Shown piece by piece: positions 49,766 through 63,545 of a stretch of DNA of 64,000 nucleotides (position 1 is its first letter; each line of letters opens with the position of its first letter). Under the pieces are notes generated by a model. The model was not told where the DNA came from, searched no databases, and saw only the letters and a program-made list of their open reading frames with translations. The stretch is from assembly GCA_043228905.1 (NCBI GenBank), contig JBHGNT010000012.1, forward strand, positions 17,484,001-17,548,000. The letters are read 5' to 3'. The translations under genes and the position numbers were made by a program. Source of the DNA: Azolla caroliniana. Its lineage: Eukaryota; Plantae; Polypodiophyta.

Positions 49766-51878
49766 TCACCAATCGGGCTTCTTGCTTTGGCTCGTCCTAC
49801 CTCATCTTGAGGGACCGGATTCCCAACAATTGTAACTTTAGATCAAAACTATAATCTAGGTTCAGGGGGAGATAAGCCCAATTCTTTGTATACATAGGAA
49901 GAGTAGTGCTTTTACGGGGGAGTTTGTTGGCATAAAAGGATGTCTCATTCCACTTTATATCCAAAGTGTGGACACGTTCTCAAGTTAGGGCTTGAATATA
50001 TAAGCCCAAACCTAACATTGTATAGAGTGTCTTAGAGAGAGAGAGAGAGAGTTTTCCTTTTTAAAGAAGAGAATAAACAGAGCCTCTATTAGAGCTTAAT
50101 TGAATCTATCTTACCTTCTATCTTATTGCATATTCTATTTGTGTTGTTTGTGTTGAGAATCGGATCGTCAATCCACAATAGATATGCTAAAAGTACACAA
50201 CTCGGAACAGAAAACAACAATATGAACAGAAAGTACAGTGCACACAGATTTACGTGGAAACCCTAAAACGGGAGAAAAAACACGGGAGAACACGACTTCA
50301 CTATATAGTGGATGTACGTGAGAGAAGATTACAACACTCTCGACTGTGGAGTATATCAACCTCATAGGGCTCTTGGCATCTGCTGTTACGAACACAGTTA
50401 TGGCACCACTCTCTCTCTCTTCTCTCTCTCTCTCTGATAACGGAGGCTAATCCCTTATTATGCTCCACTCACACTCTATGTTTTGCCCTAGATGTATTTA
50501 TACTCATACATCATATGGGCTATTTACAAGTGTAGCCCCTACTACACATTGTTACTATTATTATTATTATAGTAATAATAATAATCGACAGTTAATCAGG
50601 CGACTCTCTACTGTCGACTCTCGATACTCGACCCGAACAATCAGCTCCTCCTTGTCTTCGACTATCGGCTCTTCTCGGCCCGAACAGTCGGCTCCTCCTT
50701 TTCTTCAACAGTCATCTCTTCTAGGCATGAATTGTCAGCTCCTCTCACTGAAGGGATATATTCCCAACAAACTCCCCCTTCACTATTGTGGGAGAGAATC
50801 GATCAGTCTTGTCTTTTGTCGACAGACTCCAAGTCTACGCATCAGCAGGTTCTTTGTCAGCTTGTCGGATCCATTTTCTTTGGTATGGATCTTTATGAGA
50901 GTAAACTCTCCTTCTTCGTCTTTTTCCCGCAACCAGTGATACCTCCTCTGTATATGCTTAGTCCAGGAGTGGTGTGCAACATTCTTGGCTAGATGTATCG
51001 TACTATAGCTATCGCAATGAAGCAAGAATTCCATTTGCTTCATTCCCAACTCGCTAAGTAAATTTCTCATCCAAATTAGCTCTTTTCTGGCCTCTATCGC
51101 TGCCATATACTCTGCCTCTGTGGTCGACAAAGCTACAAACTTTTGTAGCCTTGGCTGCCATGACACTGCTCCCCCTGCATAGGTCATCACATACCTTGAC
51201 ATGGATCGGCTTGAGTCTACATCCCCCAACATGTCTGAGTCGGTAAACCCTTAGAGTATAGGTTCTCCAATACCATATCTAAGGGATACCCCCGAGGTGC
51301 CTTTCAAATACCAAAGTATCCACTTAACAGCTACCTAGTGCTCTCGTCCTAGATTACTCATATATCGGCTTATTGCTCCCACATCAAATGCTATGTATGG
51401 TCTCGTGTAGACCATAACGTACATTAAACTTCCGACGACTAAGGCATATGGTACCTTCCTCATCTCAGCCTTCTCTTTCTCGTTCCTTGGGCATTGCTTT
51501 GCATTCAGCTTGCAATTTGTCAGTAACATCGAGTCGACTGGCTTTGTTCCAACATGTTGAACCTCTCTACGATCTTTGTCACATATTTCTATTGTGACAA
51601 CCACAACGCTTTCTTAGTTCTGTCCCGAACTATGTGCATCCCCAAGATCTATTTAGGCGGTCCAAGATCTTTCATGGCAAATGATTTGCCTAGAGCTTTC
51701 TTCAAGCTTCCGATCTTCCTGATATCTTGACTGACTATCAACATGTCATCTACATATAATAAGAGAATCAAGAAGTCACATTCATCATACCTTTTGACAA
51801 AACACACAGTGATCTACCTGTGTTTTCTGGAAACCATGTTTCACCATGAAGGATTTGAACTTCTAGTACCACTGCCAG

Positions 51879-54800
51879 TGAGTTGGGGAGCTGGTTAACC
51901 GGATCTAGCAATAACCGGAAGCCTAGTAATAACTTAGATTACTAGGTAGTTATTGTCTCGTACTTAGTGTCAAATGCTCGTGTGAGCATTGAAGTACGTT
52001 GTACTTCTATCAGTCCCATGAGGACTTGTATAAATAGTGTTGTTAAGCACGATGTATGTACAAAGTGTTGATATAATTTTTGAATTTAGATTCTTGTTCT
52101 GCTCTCTCTGTCTCTCCTGAGTATTCTGTGTATTATTCTCTCTCTCTCTCTCTCTCTCTGCTACTACACAACCAAACTGTTGTCTTACGCTTCCGCACAT
52201 ACGTTTTCACATGGTATCAGAGCACGAGGGTTGAAGACCTCTGAAGCTGACATTTGCTTTCGCAAGACAAACCCTACAGGTTGTGAGAACAGAACAATAG
52301 ATAGAGAAAAAAGAAATGGACAGAGGTATGGCGAGTTCACTTCCTACAGAGAAGCTCGACCGGAGCAACTACACATCCTGGTCATACAAAATGCACCAGT
52401 ACCTATTGGGGCATGGGTATTGGAGTTTCGTGGAAGGAACAAATGAGGTAGCACCAGCGCCTACACACAAGCACTTCCTTGTATGGGAGCAAGGAGTGAG
52501 CCGAGTATTATACTGCCTCGCATCCTGTGTGCACGACCAGATGCTCGGCTACATCAGGGATGCAAAGACGTTGAAGGAGGCCTGGGAAAATCTGCGTAAG
52601 ATTTTCGCCGCAAGTACCACAACCCGTAAGTTGCAGCTCCGGCAAGAGCTGAACAACATCCGACAAAGAGACATGTCGGTTACGAACTACACCACCAAAA
52701 TAAAGGAGATTTGCGACGCGCTTGGGTCCATCAACGTGACGGTGGATGAAGACGAAATGGTACAAGAGCTGAACAACATCCAACAAAGAGATATGTCGGT
52801 TACGGACTACACCACCAAAATAAAGGAGATTTGCGACGCGCTTGGGTCCATCAACATGACGGTGGACGAAGACGAAATGGTACAAATCTGCCTTGGTGGT
52901 CTAGCGCAAAGGTACGGGCCAATCCGGACAGCGATTTGCACCCGGGAGAAACCACCAACCTTCTTCGACTTGCAATTGATGTTGATGGTCGAAGAAAACC
53001 ACGCGAGTGGGTCCAAGACCACTCAATCGGACAACCAGATGTCGTACACGGAGGCGAATGGGCCCCGTCGGCATGGGGGACGAGGTGGGTCGGCACGCAC
53101 TGGAGGCGATCGACAAGAGCAGGAAAGAAGGCACAGAGAACGTGCCGACATCAGTTCCAGGACTTCCACAAGCAGGGGGAGTCAAGGCTTTGTCGGAGGC
53201 CGGCAAGACAAATCCGCTACGGAATGTTGGTACTGTGGCAAAAAGGGCCACAGAGAAAGCGAGTGTTGGAAGAAGCGCGCCGATTCGTATAGATCTGGAT
53301 CCGGCAAAACCGGTTGGGAGAACCGGCAATACTCGCACTACGCAGAAGGATCGGGAGGATCCAAAACCGGAAAAGCTGGTAAGGGGTCAGCCTTGGTGAT
53401 GAAGCACGAGGCAAATTCGATGAAGAAGACCACTTCCAAATCGAAGGAATTATGGTGTGTTGTTTCCGGTGCGTCAAATCACATGATGAGCCACAAAGAG
53501 TGGTTCTCCTTCCTGGAGAAACTGGTGTCGTGAAGATTTTCGGCAATGGTATGAAAATCAAATAAAACTACAAAAAGATGGAGGTCTTCAAGAGCTTTCA
53601 AATGTGCTTTACCACATAAAAAACAGACATCTAAGTGACAAGTTATGTGGGAGTGAAGTATTAGAAGGAAAAAGAGAAAAATAAGACTGTGAGATATCCC
53701 ACATAGACAGAAAATAAGGATCTCACCATATATAAGGTAGAGCAAAAGCTATTATCTTTGTGTATATGTGTGGAGCATAGAGAGATCAAGGTGACTTGAA
53801 CTAAGCCATTGGGTGTGGCGTGGCTACTTGTAAAGGTTTTGCCCAACCAAAATCGGACTAGCAACGTAACCGGCATCTGGCAACGAAACCGGGACCGGGT
53901 GACTGAACGATAACCAACATTCGGCATCCGGCATCCGACAACCGGCGACCGAACGGTAACCGGCATCCGGCAACCGGCGATAGAACTGGAATCCGGCGAC
54001 TAACGGTAACAGGCGACGACCGGCATCCGGATAGATATATAAATAAATAAATAAATAAATATATGTATACACAAGGAGTGCAAGTGTGGATTTGAACCTT
54101 GCACCTCCAAGATGAGAGTTAATAAACTTATCACTAAGCCAACACATTTTCTTGAAATAATATCTTTATCATAGTAACTTTACATGTAAATTCGCATACA
54201 TGAGAGCTAAAATGAGTGACATGGTTATCATGCACCACATGTAATACATGAGCGCCAAATGGCAAACATGCATTTTATGCATGTCTTGAACCCTCAAATG
54301 CATGAGGGTATCTATAAAAGAGGGGATAAAAAAGATAAAAGGGGGATTCTTTGATAAAAGAAAGCTTTGTACTTTAAATCAAAACTAATATTAAGAAGAA
54401 AATTCGTTATCCTTTTGATGATATACCTTGTTCTTGAAATCTAAAGTGAAGAGTTCTTAATCTCTCTCTCAATCTAAAATCAAGCGTTCTATCTTATCTC
54501 AATCTCTCTCTCTTTCAATCTATCTTAATTCCTTTCTCGCTAAAGCTTGTGCAAACTTCGAGTCCTTCTGGTCCAGAACCCCTGCGGTTCCGCCTCACGA
54601 TTCGCGCCTAGTGACAGATCTTCACGACACCGGAACAACCGTGGGTCGTCGAAACCGAAGACGACACTACTCACCCAATCGTGCATGTCGGAGAAGTCCC
54701 TTTGAGCCACGTCGAACATAGGGGGAAGCTGATGAACGTATTACACGTTCCGACTATCACGAAGAACCTGGTGTCAGTTGGTCAGATCGTTGACCAGGGG

Positions 54801-57800
54801 ATGCAGGTGCGGTTTACGCACCTCGGGTGCTACATTGAGGATGAGGGCTAGATTATTGCGCAAGGGCGCAGAGATGGGAGGATGTTCATCCTTGACACCA
54901 ATGACGTCGGCACCGCTTTATTCGCCAAAGGACAGAAGGTCGAATCAGACATCGACTTGTGGCACAAATGGATCGGCCACATCAATTACTGAAGGCTTCA
55001 AGACCTGTAGACGAAACAAGTTGTTTTCGGTTTGCCGAAGTTCAGTGGCCGGAAGGCCCAAATATGTGAAGCCTGCCAGCTAGGGAAGCAACACCGGCTT
55101 CCATTCCCCACCGAATGAAACCGTAGCCGTAACAAGCTCGACCTTATTCATTCGGATGTATGGGGACCAGCACAAAACGTGAGTCTTGGTGGGAGTTAAT
55201 ACTTCGTCTCCTTCATCGACGACTATAGCCGGCACACATGGATCTACCTCATTCAGCGGAAGAGCGAAGTCTTCGACTATTTTCGAAACCTCCAAAGCAT
55301 GGTGGAATGGGAATCGGAGAGGAAGATCAAGTGCCTACGGTCAGATGATGGAAAAGAATATTTTTCCGGCCAATTCAACAGTTATCTACAGCAAACAGGA
55401 ATTCGAAGAGAGTTCAACTGCAGATACACACCAAAACAAAACGGTGTGGCCGAAAGGAAGAACCGGTCGATTGTCGACGCGGCAAGGGCAATGCTGGAAG
55501 AGAAGAGCATGCCCCATTTCTACTGGGCGGAGGCGGTCCGGACGACCGTCTACATTCAGAACCGGATCGGTGACAAGGTGTCCGCACATGAGTTGTATTT
55601 CAGGCGCAAGCCGAATTTGAGACACCTTCGGATATTCGGCAACATAGCATATGTGCATGTGCCGGATGAGAAGCCGAGGAAGTTGGATGCAAAGTTGGAG
55701 AAATGCATCTTGGTCGGTTACTCGTATGAGCAAAAGGGGTATAAGTGTTATAACCCCTGGACGAAGCAGGTCCAAGTTAGCCGCGATGTTCAGTTCGATG
55801 AAACGGCATCATGGTACTCCTTACCAACTCTGACTTCCGACCCCAACCCGATGTTGGAGGATGAGGCTAGTGAGCCTAAACCGGCCCAGGTAGAAGATGA
55901 TGAATCCGGGACTCAAGAAGAGAGTCCGGAATCGTTTCAGTTGAGTGGGCTGAATGAGAGACTGGGTCAATCCGACCAATCAGATGAGGAACCGGCGAGT
56001 AGTGAAGACTCTGTTGTGCTCTCCCCGAGCAAGGAACCGAGGAGACGGTTCATGCGCAAAGAAAAGGGGAAGAAGAAGATGCCGGAATACATAGCATATG
56101 TGCATGTGCCGGATGAGAAGCCGAGGAAGTTGGATGCAAAGTTGGAGAAATGCATCTTGGTCGGTTACTCGTATGAGCAAAAGGGGTATAAGTGTTATAA
56201 CCCCTGGACGAAGCAGGTCCGACTTAGCCGCGATGTTGAGTTCGATGAAACGGCATCATGGTACTCCTTACCAACTCTGACTTCCGACCCCAACCCGATG
56301 TTGGAGGATGAGGCTAGTGAGCCTGAACCGGCCCAGGTAGAAGATGATGAATCCGGGACTCAAGAAGAGAGTCCGGAATCGTTTCAGTTGAGTGGGCTGA
56401 ACGAGAGACTGGGTCAATCCGACCAGTCAAATGAGGAACCGGCGAGTAGTGATGACTCTGTTGTGCTCTCCCCGCGCAAGGAACCGAGGAGACGGTTCAT
56501 GCGCAAAGAAAAGGGGAAGAAGAAGATGCTGGAATACGAAACCGGCAACGTTGAGTCGGATCGGAGCGAATCCGACTCCGGAAAGGACCTAGCCAAGAAG
56601 GGCCCCAAACCGGGTAATACCAAGTTACGCCGGTCTTCCCGCCAAAAGAACCCTGTGACGCAGTACGGGTACAATGAGTACATGGCGCATCACTATGCGT
56701 ACATGACCAAGGTGGTAGAAGTGCGTGAGCCGAAGAGCTACGCAGAAGTGGCAAAGGACGCCAATTGGCGTGCTGCTATGGAGGAAGAAATGCGGGCACT
56801 TGATGCCAACGACACATGGGACCTAGTTGACCCTCCTCGACATTGTAAACCAATCGGATGTAAGTGGGTGTACAAGATAAAGTACAATGCCGACGGTTCG
56901 GTTAACCAGTAGTGGCGAAGGGATACGTGCAAACCCACGGAATCTACTACGACCACACCTTTGCCCCAGTAGCGATGATGATGACGGTTCGTGTGGTACT
57001 AGCAGTTGTTGCGGCAAGGGGGTGGCATCTTCACCAGATGGACATGAAGAATGCGTTTCTTCAAGGCGATCTTGAAGAAGAGGTCTTTATGACCCAACCC
57101 CCCGGTTTCCAGATGGAGATGAACAAGTCGGCGGTATGCCGGCTGAAGAAGTCACTTTATGGCCTAAACCAAGCCCCTCGAGCTTGGAATGCGAAGATCA
57201 CGCACCGGTTGCGTAAGATGGGGTTTGCGGCCCCAAGTCTGACTCTTCGTTGTTCATCCGGCAAGGTCCGGACGGTCCTGTTTGCATCTTGTTGTATGTT
57301 GATGATCTAGTCATCACCGGACCCGGACTCGATGAAATCAGCCGTGTCAAGTCCCAGCTGTCAAACGCATTTGAGATGAAAGACCTGGGGGACCTTCACT
57401 ATTTCCTCGAGATCGGGGTGATCCGAACCCCCGACGGCATATTGCTCTCACAAAGACACTATGTGTTGAATATGTTGTACAAGTTCGGCATGACGGAATG
57501 CCGACCAATCTCCACACCCCTGGACCGGAACCAGAAGCACCGTCCCGACTCCGGACCAGCCTGCGATGAGAAGCGGTTCTGACAAATCGTCGAAAGCCTT
57601 ATATATTTGACAATCACCCGACCCGACATCAATTATCCGGCTGGCATGATCAGCCAATATATGCAGAAGCCGACTGTGGAGCACCTTTTGTGCGCGCATC
57701 GAATACTGCGATATGTGAGCGGCACGAAGGATTGAGGACTGTTATACCGGCGAGGTATAACCGAAGAGCTAGTCGGTTACACGGATGCCGACTGGGCCGG

Positions 57801-59292
57801 CGATGCATCAGATCGCCGATCCACCTCCGGATATATGTTTTCCCTTGGTAGCGCGGCTGTTGTGTGGAGCAGCAAAAAGCAGCCAACAGTGGCCCTTTCA
57901 AGCACTGAGGCTAAATATCGGGACGCTACCGTTGCCACCTATGAAGCCATTTGGCTTCGGCGACTGCTGCAAGACTTGTTGATCGAGGTGCCGACCCCGA
58001 TCCTGATCTACTACGACAACATAAGCAGCATGCAGCTCGCCAAGAACCCCGTATTCCATGCTCGCACAAAGCACATAGAAGTGCACTACCACTTCGTGCA
58101 TGAGCGTGTCCTGAGCAATGAAGTCGAACTTCGGTATGTTCATACGGATCGGCAAGTCGCCGACATCTTCACCAAACCACTCGGATCGGACAAGTTGCAA
58201 CACTTCACCGAAATGCTTGGTGTTCGGCATCTCAACGTGCCACACTTGAGGGGGAGAACAGGCAAAGACACTAGAAAGGGCAAAGGCAAAGAGACTATCG
58301 ATTGCACTAGAGAGAGACAAAAAGAAGAAAGGAGCCGAGTCGACAAAGGAAGTTGACACATCCAAATAAGTCGGAGCAAGCGGCAGCGGCGGCAGAGTCA
58401 AGAAGGACAGAGCCGGCCAGAAGAAGAAGGCCAAGACCCGGACATGGTCCGATATGGCGAAGGGCCTGGAACTGGAAGACGAATCGGGAGCGACCAATTC
58501 GACAAGAGTTGGAACAGATCGGAGACAGTCGATTTAGTTCGACAGACGGATTCGGAAGAACCGGATCCATTCAAGGCCAAGAGGACGACAAGGCAGCGAA
58601 AGTCGACGCCAACACGAAGGAATCGGCGAACTGGCACGTGCCGAAGTCACGGCAGCGAGGGAGCTGAACTGGGCCTATTGAGCAGACGAGCCGACCGAGA
58701 AGGTCGAGGTGCGCAGAACAAGAGGGGTCGCGGCAAACAGAACCGGACTGAACGAGGAGCGCGAGCGAGGCGGAGCAACACCAGAAGGAGCCGGGTAGAA
58801 GGACCGGTTGCCACAAACGTTGACACTACGATCGGACCTCAAGTTGAGCTTGAGGGGGAGTGTTGAGCAACAAGCTCAACTAGAGCCGGATCGGCTGAAT
58901 AAGCCTGAGCCAATGAACGAGACGGATCAGTGAGCCGGTGAGCACCCGGTGAGCAAAAGAGCCGATGAGCTAGGGAGCCGGTTAGCCGAATCCAACAGTA
59001 ACCGGAAGCCTAGTAATAGCTTAGATTACTAGGTAGTTATTGTCTCGTAGTTAGTGTCAGACGCTCATGTGAGCATTGAACTACGTTATACTTATGTCAG
59101 TCCCATGAGGACTTGTATAAATAGTGTTGTTAAGCACGTTGTATGTATAGAGTGTTGATATAATTTTTGAATTTAGATTCTTGTTCTGATCTCTCTCTCT
59201 CTCTCCCAAGTATTTTGTGTATTATTCTCTCTCTCTCTCTGCTGCTACACAACCAAGTTGTTGTCTTACGCTTCCGCACATACTTTTTCACA
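51879..59292 (+). mobile_element. Ty1/copia LTR retrotransposon B nested in copia A
   Basis: 5' LTR (5'-truncated) ~51879-52211; PBS TGGTATCAGAGC 52212-52223; gag 52316-53525 (CWYCGKKGHRESEC); integrase LRSDDGKEY..QNGVAERKNR; RT LYVDDL; RNase H; PPT GAGGGGGAG; 3' LTR 58861-59292. No left TSD, consistent with a deletion that also removed part of the host RT. Confidence 0.93.
53526..54629. mobile_element. 1.1-kb solo LTR inserted near the copia B protease region
   Basis: 12-bp perfect inverted termini TGTCGTGAAGAT...ATCTTCACGACA. 4-bp TSD CTGG/CCGG; removing the insert rejoins the host frame (EK-P/L-EQP). Internal ACCGGC repeats at 53870-54030. Confidence 0.88.
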
Positions 59293-62149
59293 CATATGTT
59301 GTCGATGCTCTCCTCTCTCTGAGTAGGTATCTCCTTCCACTCATTGTTGGCCCTCATTCGGATGTCTCTGCCAACTCTTCTCTTGGCTCGGGTTCATCTA
59401 TGTCGATTGGCCGCTCAAGGTTGGACGACTCCAACTCGTATTCCTCGATCTTCCTTAACAGCTTTGCCAACTCAAACACATAGTCGGTCGGTCTCTCCGA
59501 GTCGACTAACTCTTATTCGGTTGTGCCCACTAGCTCTCTTTGAACAGTCGACTACGTCGGTTCACTTGGCCTCAAGTCGATGGTAGTGGAGGTTGACAGG
59601 GTAGTCGATTCTGACTTCTGTTGCTTCCAGTTCTCTATCGTCGTGTCTTCCAAGAAGACTACGTCCCAACTCCCCACTACCTTCTTGTCAACTAGGTCCC
59701 ATAGCCTATAGCTGAACTCATCTTCCGAGTATCCAATGAATATGCATGGTTTCGACTTACAGTCGAGCTTCGCGCTCTGATCCTTAACCACATGCATATA
59801 TACCAAGCATCCGAACACCCTTAGGTGTCGATAGGAGACATCCGTTTCTGTCCACACCCTTTGTGGGACATCACCTTTCAATGGTACTGAGGGGGACCTG
59901 TTAATCAGGTAAACCATTGTGTACATCGCCTCAACCCAATACGATTTCGACAGTTTAGCATGAGAGAGCATGCTCCTTACTCTCTCCATGATTTTTCGAT
60001 TCATCCTCTTTGCAAGCTCGTTCAACTCAGGGGTCTTTGGTACAACGTACTTGATTCGAATACCTTGGGCCTTGCAGTATTCCTCAAACTGCCCTTTATA
60101 TTCGCCACCATTGTCGGCTCGGATAGCCTTGAGCTTCCGACCTAACTCTCGTTCGACTCTTTCCTGGAACTCCTTGAAAAATGACAGTACTTGATCTTTA
60201 GACGTTAGTACGAAGGCCCACAACTTTCGAGAGTAGTCATCAAACAAAGTATTGTCCACCTTGATGCGACAGAGCATCCACATAACACACATCCGTGTGT
60301 ACTAGTTCTAGTGGCACTTCTCTTCTTCTTGGTGTTCTTGAGTGGAATGTTGCTCTGTTCTGCTTTCCAACTAAGCAGTCGACGCACTTCTTCATGTGCA
60401 CTCCCTTTACTAATGGCATAAACACACATCCGTGTGTACTAGTTCTAGTGGCACTTCTCTTCTTCTTGGTGGTCTTGAGTGGAATGTTGCTCTGTTCTAC
60501 TTTCCAACTAAGCAGTCGACGCACTTCTTCAAGTGCACTCCCTTTACTTCTAGCAGAAGTTTTTGGTCGGCTAATTGATGGAGACCCTTCTCACTCATGT
60601 GGCCTGGCCTCTTATGCCATATCTGTCTTGCCGAGTTGGTTGCCACATTCATTTCCGACTTGCACAGTCGGGCTTGCATCATATACAATGTGCCTTCTTT
60701 CTGTGCTCGGGCCACTATAATATTTCCTCGGCAAAACTTCCACTTGCCATTCCGAAAACTACCATTGTAGCCTTCGTTGTCCAATCTTCCAGTCGATATC
60801 AGATTCAATCTGATATTGGGTACATGTCAAACTTCCTTCAGGGTCAGTCGACACCCTGTTGGTGTCGTCAAGCAGACACTTCTGACTCCAACTCTCTTGC
60901 ACTCTCTATTGTCACCCATCTTTACATAACCATAATCCTTGGCTATGTAAGTCAAGAAATACTCTCTAAACAAAGTTATATGGAAAGATGCACCAGAGTC
61001 GATCACCCTAGTGCATTCTTCTCTAGCTAGGTTTGTACTTGTTTATTCACAGATGAACAGAAGTTCTTCATTGCTTGTAGCAATGGCCGAAGTGCCCTTT
61101 TCATCAGGAATATTATTACTAACACTCTTGTCCTTCTTAAGATGTCGACGGTTCGTCTGGAAATGTCTAGGCTTTCCACAATAAAAGCATGTTAGCTTAC
61201 CTCTAGACTTCAATCTGGCTTGGGACTTTTCACTTCTTTTTGGACTCCTTCGTCGGTTCCTTCCTCTGTCCGAATGTTGTGTCACATTCGCATCTGCCTG
61301 GGATAGGACACCCTTGTCCTTCCTCCTCGTCTCCTCATTCAAGATACTTGTCTTTATCGCTTGTAGAGATAGGTTCTCTTCTTGGCACAAGGTGCTAAGA
61401 GTCACCGCTAGATTCTCTCGGCTATCCTACAAGGTACACAACAATAGGATGGCCTGCATTGCATCCTCAAGGGGGAACTTGGTTGTGGCAAGTTTATTTA
61501 CATACCCCATGAATTTGTTGATGTGTTCGATGATGCTCTCACCGTCTCTATATTTCAGCCATACGATCTTTCTCATTAGTGAGGTTTTATTGAGGGCGTT
61601 CTTCCTCCCATATAGACCTGACAGCTTTTGCCACATCTCATGGGCATTCGTGTCGTTCACCACATGCTTAAGGACACTTACATCGACGCATTGTAGGATG
61701 GTGACCACCACCTTTCTGTTAAGAAGTTTCCATTCCGACTCTAATACCCTCGTGGGTATTTCTGCTCTGTTGATCGGCTCGCACAAATATTTGACTATGA
61801 GAAGGTCTTGGGAAGCCACTAACACCTCCTTCCATGCTTGCACCTCAAGCTCTGATACCAATTTTTTGAGAATCGGATCGTCAATCCACAATAGATATGC
61901 TAAAAGTGCACAACTCAAAACAGAAAACACCAAGATGAACAGAAAGTACAGTGCACACATATTTACGTGGAAACCCTAAAACGGGAGAACACGACTTCAC
62001 TATATAGTGGATGTAAAAGGGAGAAGATTACAACACTCTCGATTACTGAGTGTATCAACCTCACATGGCTATTGGCGATTGTTGTTACGAACACAATTAT
62101 GGTGCCACTCTCTCTCTCTTCTCTCTCTCTCTCTTCTCTCTCTCTCTCT

Positions 62150-62492
62150 GAAACGATTAAAAAGATAAGGGAATGTGAGCTACATCGACTAGAAGCTATG
62201 GTTGGGGTACCTTCTACATTGGGACCACATCCACATCGAAACCCTTTGACCTCCTGCTTCTTTTCGAGAGACTTGGATAGAAATGAAACTAGGCCTAGTA
62301 TAAAGCCATTTCATTGTAGAACATGTTTGTTATTTTACTAGAACTATTTAGCTTAAGCTCTATTTTTATTTTATTTTATTTTACTTTCAATGAATGGGTA
62401 AATATCCCATTTTGTTGTAAACCAATTGTCTCATGGGCCAATTTTGGCCTTAGAAGAAGTTAATATATCCTTCTTTCTTTCTTTCTTTCTTT
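62150..62492. mobile_element. ~340-bp insertion in the (CT)n tract of the copia A 5' LTR
   Basis: Present in LTR 61864-62789 and absent from the partner LTR 50151-50769; identity unknown. Confidence 0.6.
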
Positions 62493-62829
62493 CTGATAGT
62501 AGAGGCTAATCCCATATTCTGTTCAACTCACACTCTATGTTTTGCCCTAGATGTATTTATACTCATACATCATATGTGCTATTTACAAGTGTAACCCCTA
62601 CTACACATCGTTATTATTATTATCATTATAGTAATAATAATAATCAACAGTTAATCAACCGACTCTCTACTGTCGACTCCTCGACTCTCGGTACTCAACC
62701 TGAACAATCGGCCCCTCCATCTCTTCGACAGTCGTCTCTTCTAGGCCCGAACAGTCAGGTCCTCCCACTGGAGGGACATATTCCCAACAGTTTGTTGTAC
62801 ACATCCGTTGTAGGTCCTAACACATTCTT

Positions 62830-63082
62830 CCGCATAACACATTCAACATTGAGAAGCTCTCTCCCAAATAAAAAAGTGGGTGCTTTTTTAATTTTTGCAT
62901 GTACTACGTTTGTTTTTTAGTTTGCATGCTCCACTTTTCCTTCTTATGCCTAATGCTAGGAAAATGGTAACCATAATGTCCACCATCACATTCATTTATC
63001 CACTTAATATCTGATTGTTCAAATAGGACTCGAACCTCTAGCCTGCAACTCATAGCGCATGCTTTTGCCAATTGAGCAAAGC
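62830..63082 (-). mobile_element. Possible tRNA-derived SINE head
   Basis: Minus strand shows an A-box-like TGCTCAATTGG (~63078-63068) and B-box GGTTCGAGTCC (63036-63026) at tRNA-like spacing; no cloverleaf. The 3' boundary is a guess. Confidence 0.4.
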
Positions 63083-63289
63083 TTTTTTGTTATAGTTAAT
63101 ATGTCTTTCTTACCACACCCTTGATGTATCATTCAGCCTTTTCTTTTTCAAAACAAAATATCCTTCCATTATTTTTAAAAAAGCATATCAACTACAACGT
63201 ACAAAATAGATGGAAAGGAAACGACTATCCTTCCCCAGCTTGTCTTGTGTAAGATAATTGCTAGCCATGGATCCTTCATTTAACTGAGC

Positions 63290-63545
63290 TGAGGAAACAA
63301 ATCTATATACATCCAAATTAGAGGAAACCAACCAACTCCTGAGTCTCTGATTGTACCTCTCTCATAATAGTAATAGTCCGGAGCCTGTGGGCTTCCGTGG
63401 TTTTTCCCTCTTAGCGTTTTCCACGTAAACATCCTGTGTACTCTCTATTGTTCGTGTGTGTTCGAGTATTTCTCTCTATTCCCATTTCTGTGTTTGATTC
63501 CCAACGAAGTGATTCAAGACTTGGTTGTGGCCGAGCTATATTCCA
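63290..63545 (-). mobile_element. LTR fragment related to solo LTR 19238-20021
   Basis: Reverse complement shares GCTCGGCCACAACC, GAGTACACAG and TTTACGTGGAAAAC..GGGAAAAACCACGG with 19250-19380. Confidence 0.65.

Larger units (their letters stand above)
50151..62789 (-). mobile_element. Ty1/copia LTR retrotransposon A (Tnt1/Tork-like), host of nested insertions
   Basis: LTRs at 50151-50769 and 61864-62789. TSD GTTTG (50146-50150 and 62790-62794). tRNA-iMet PBS TGGTATCAGAGC at 61849-61860 (minus). PPT at ~50771-50779. Gag CFYCGKPRH, GAG-pre-integrase, integrase ADNGGEY, RT LYVDDML, RNase H ALSTTEAEY. Confidence 0.93.

Noticed and set aside
57898-58866. Extra ORFs between copia B pol and the 3' LTR
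   Set aside because: Overlapping GC-rich frames with no recognisable domain; likely non-coding 3' region.
61427-61960. Hydrophobic N-terminus suggesting an env-like or membrane-anchored Gag
   Set aside because: The hydrophobic part is translated LTR/PBS sequence upstream of gag.
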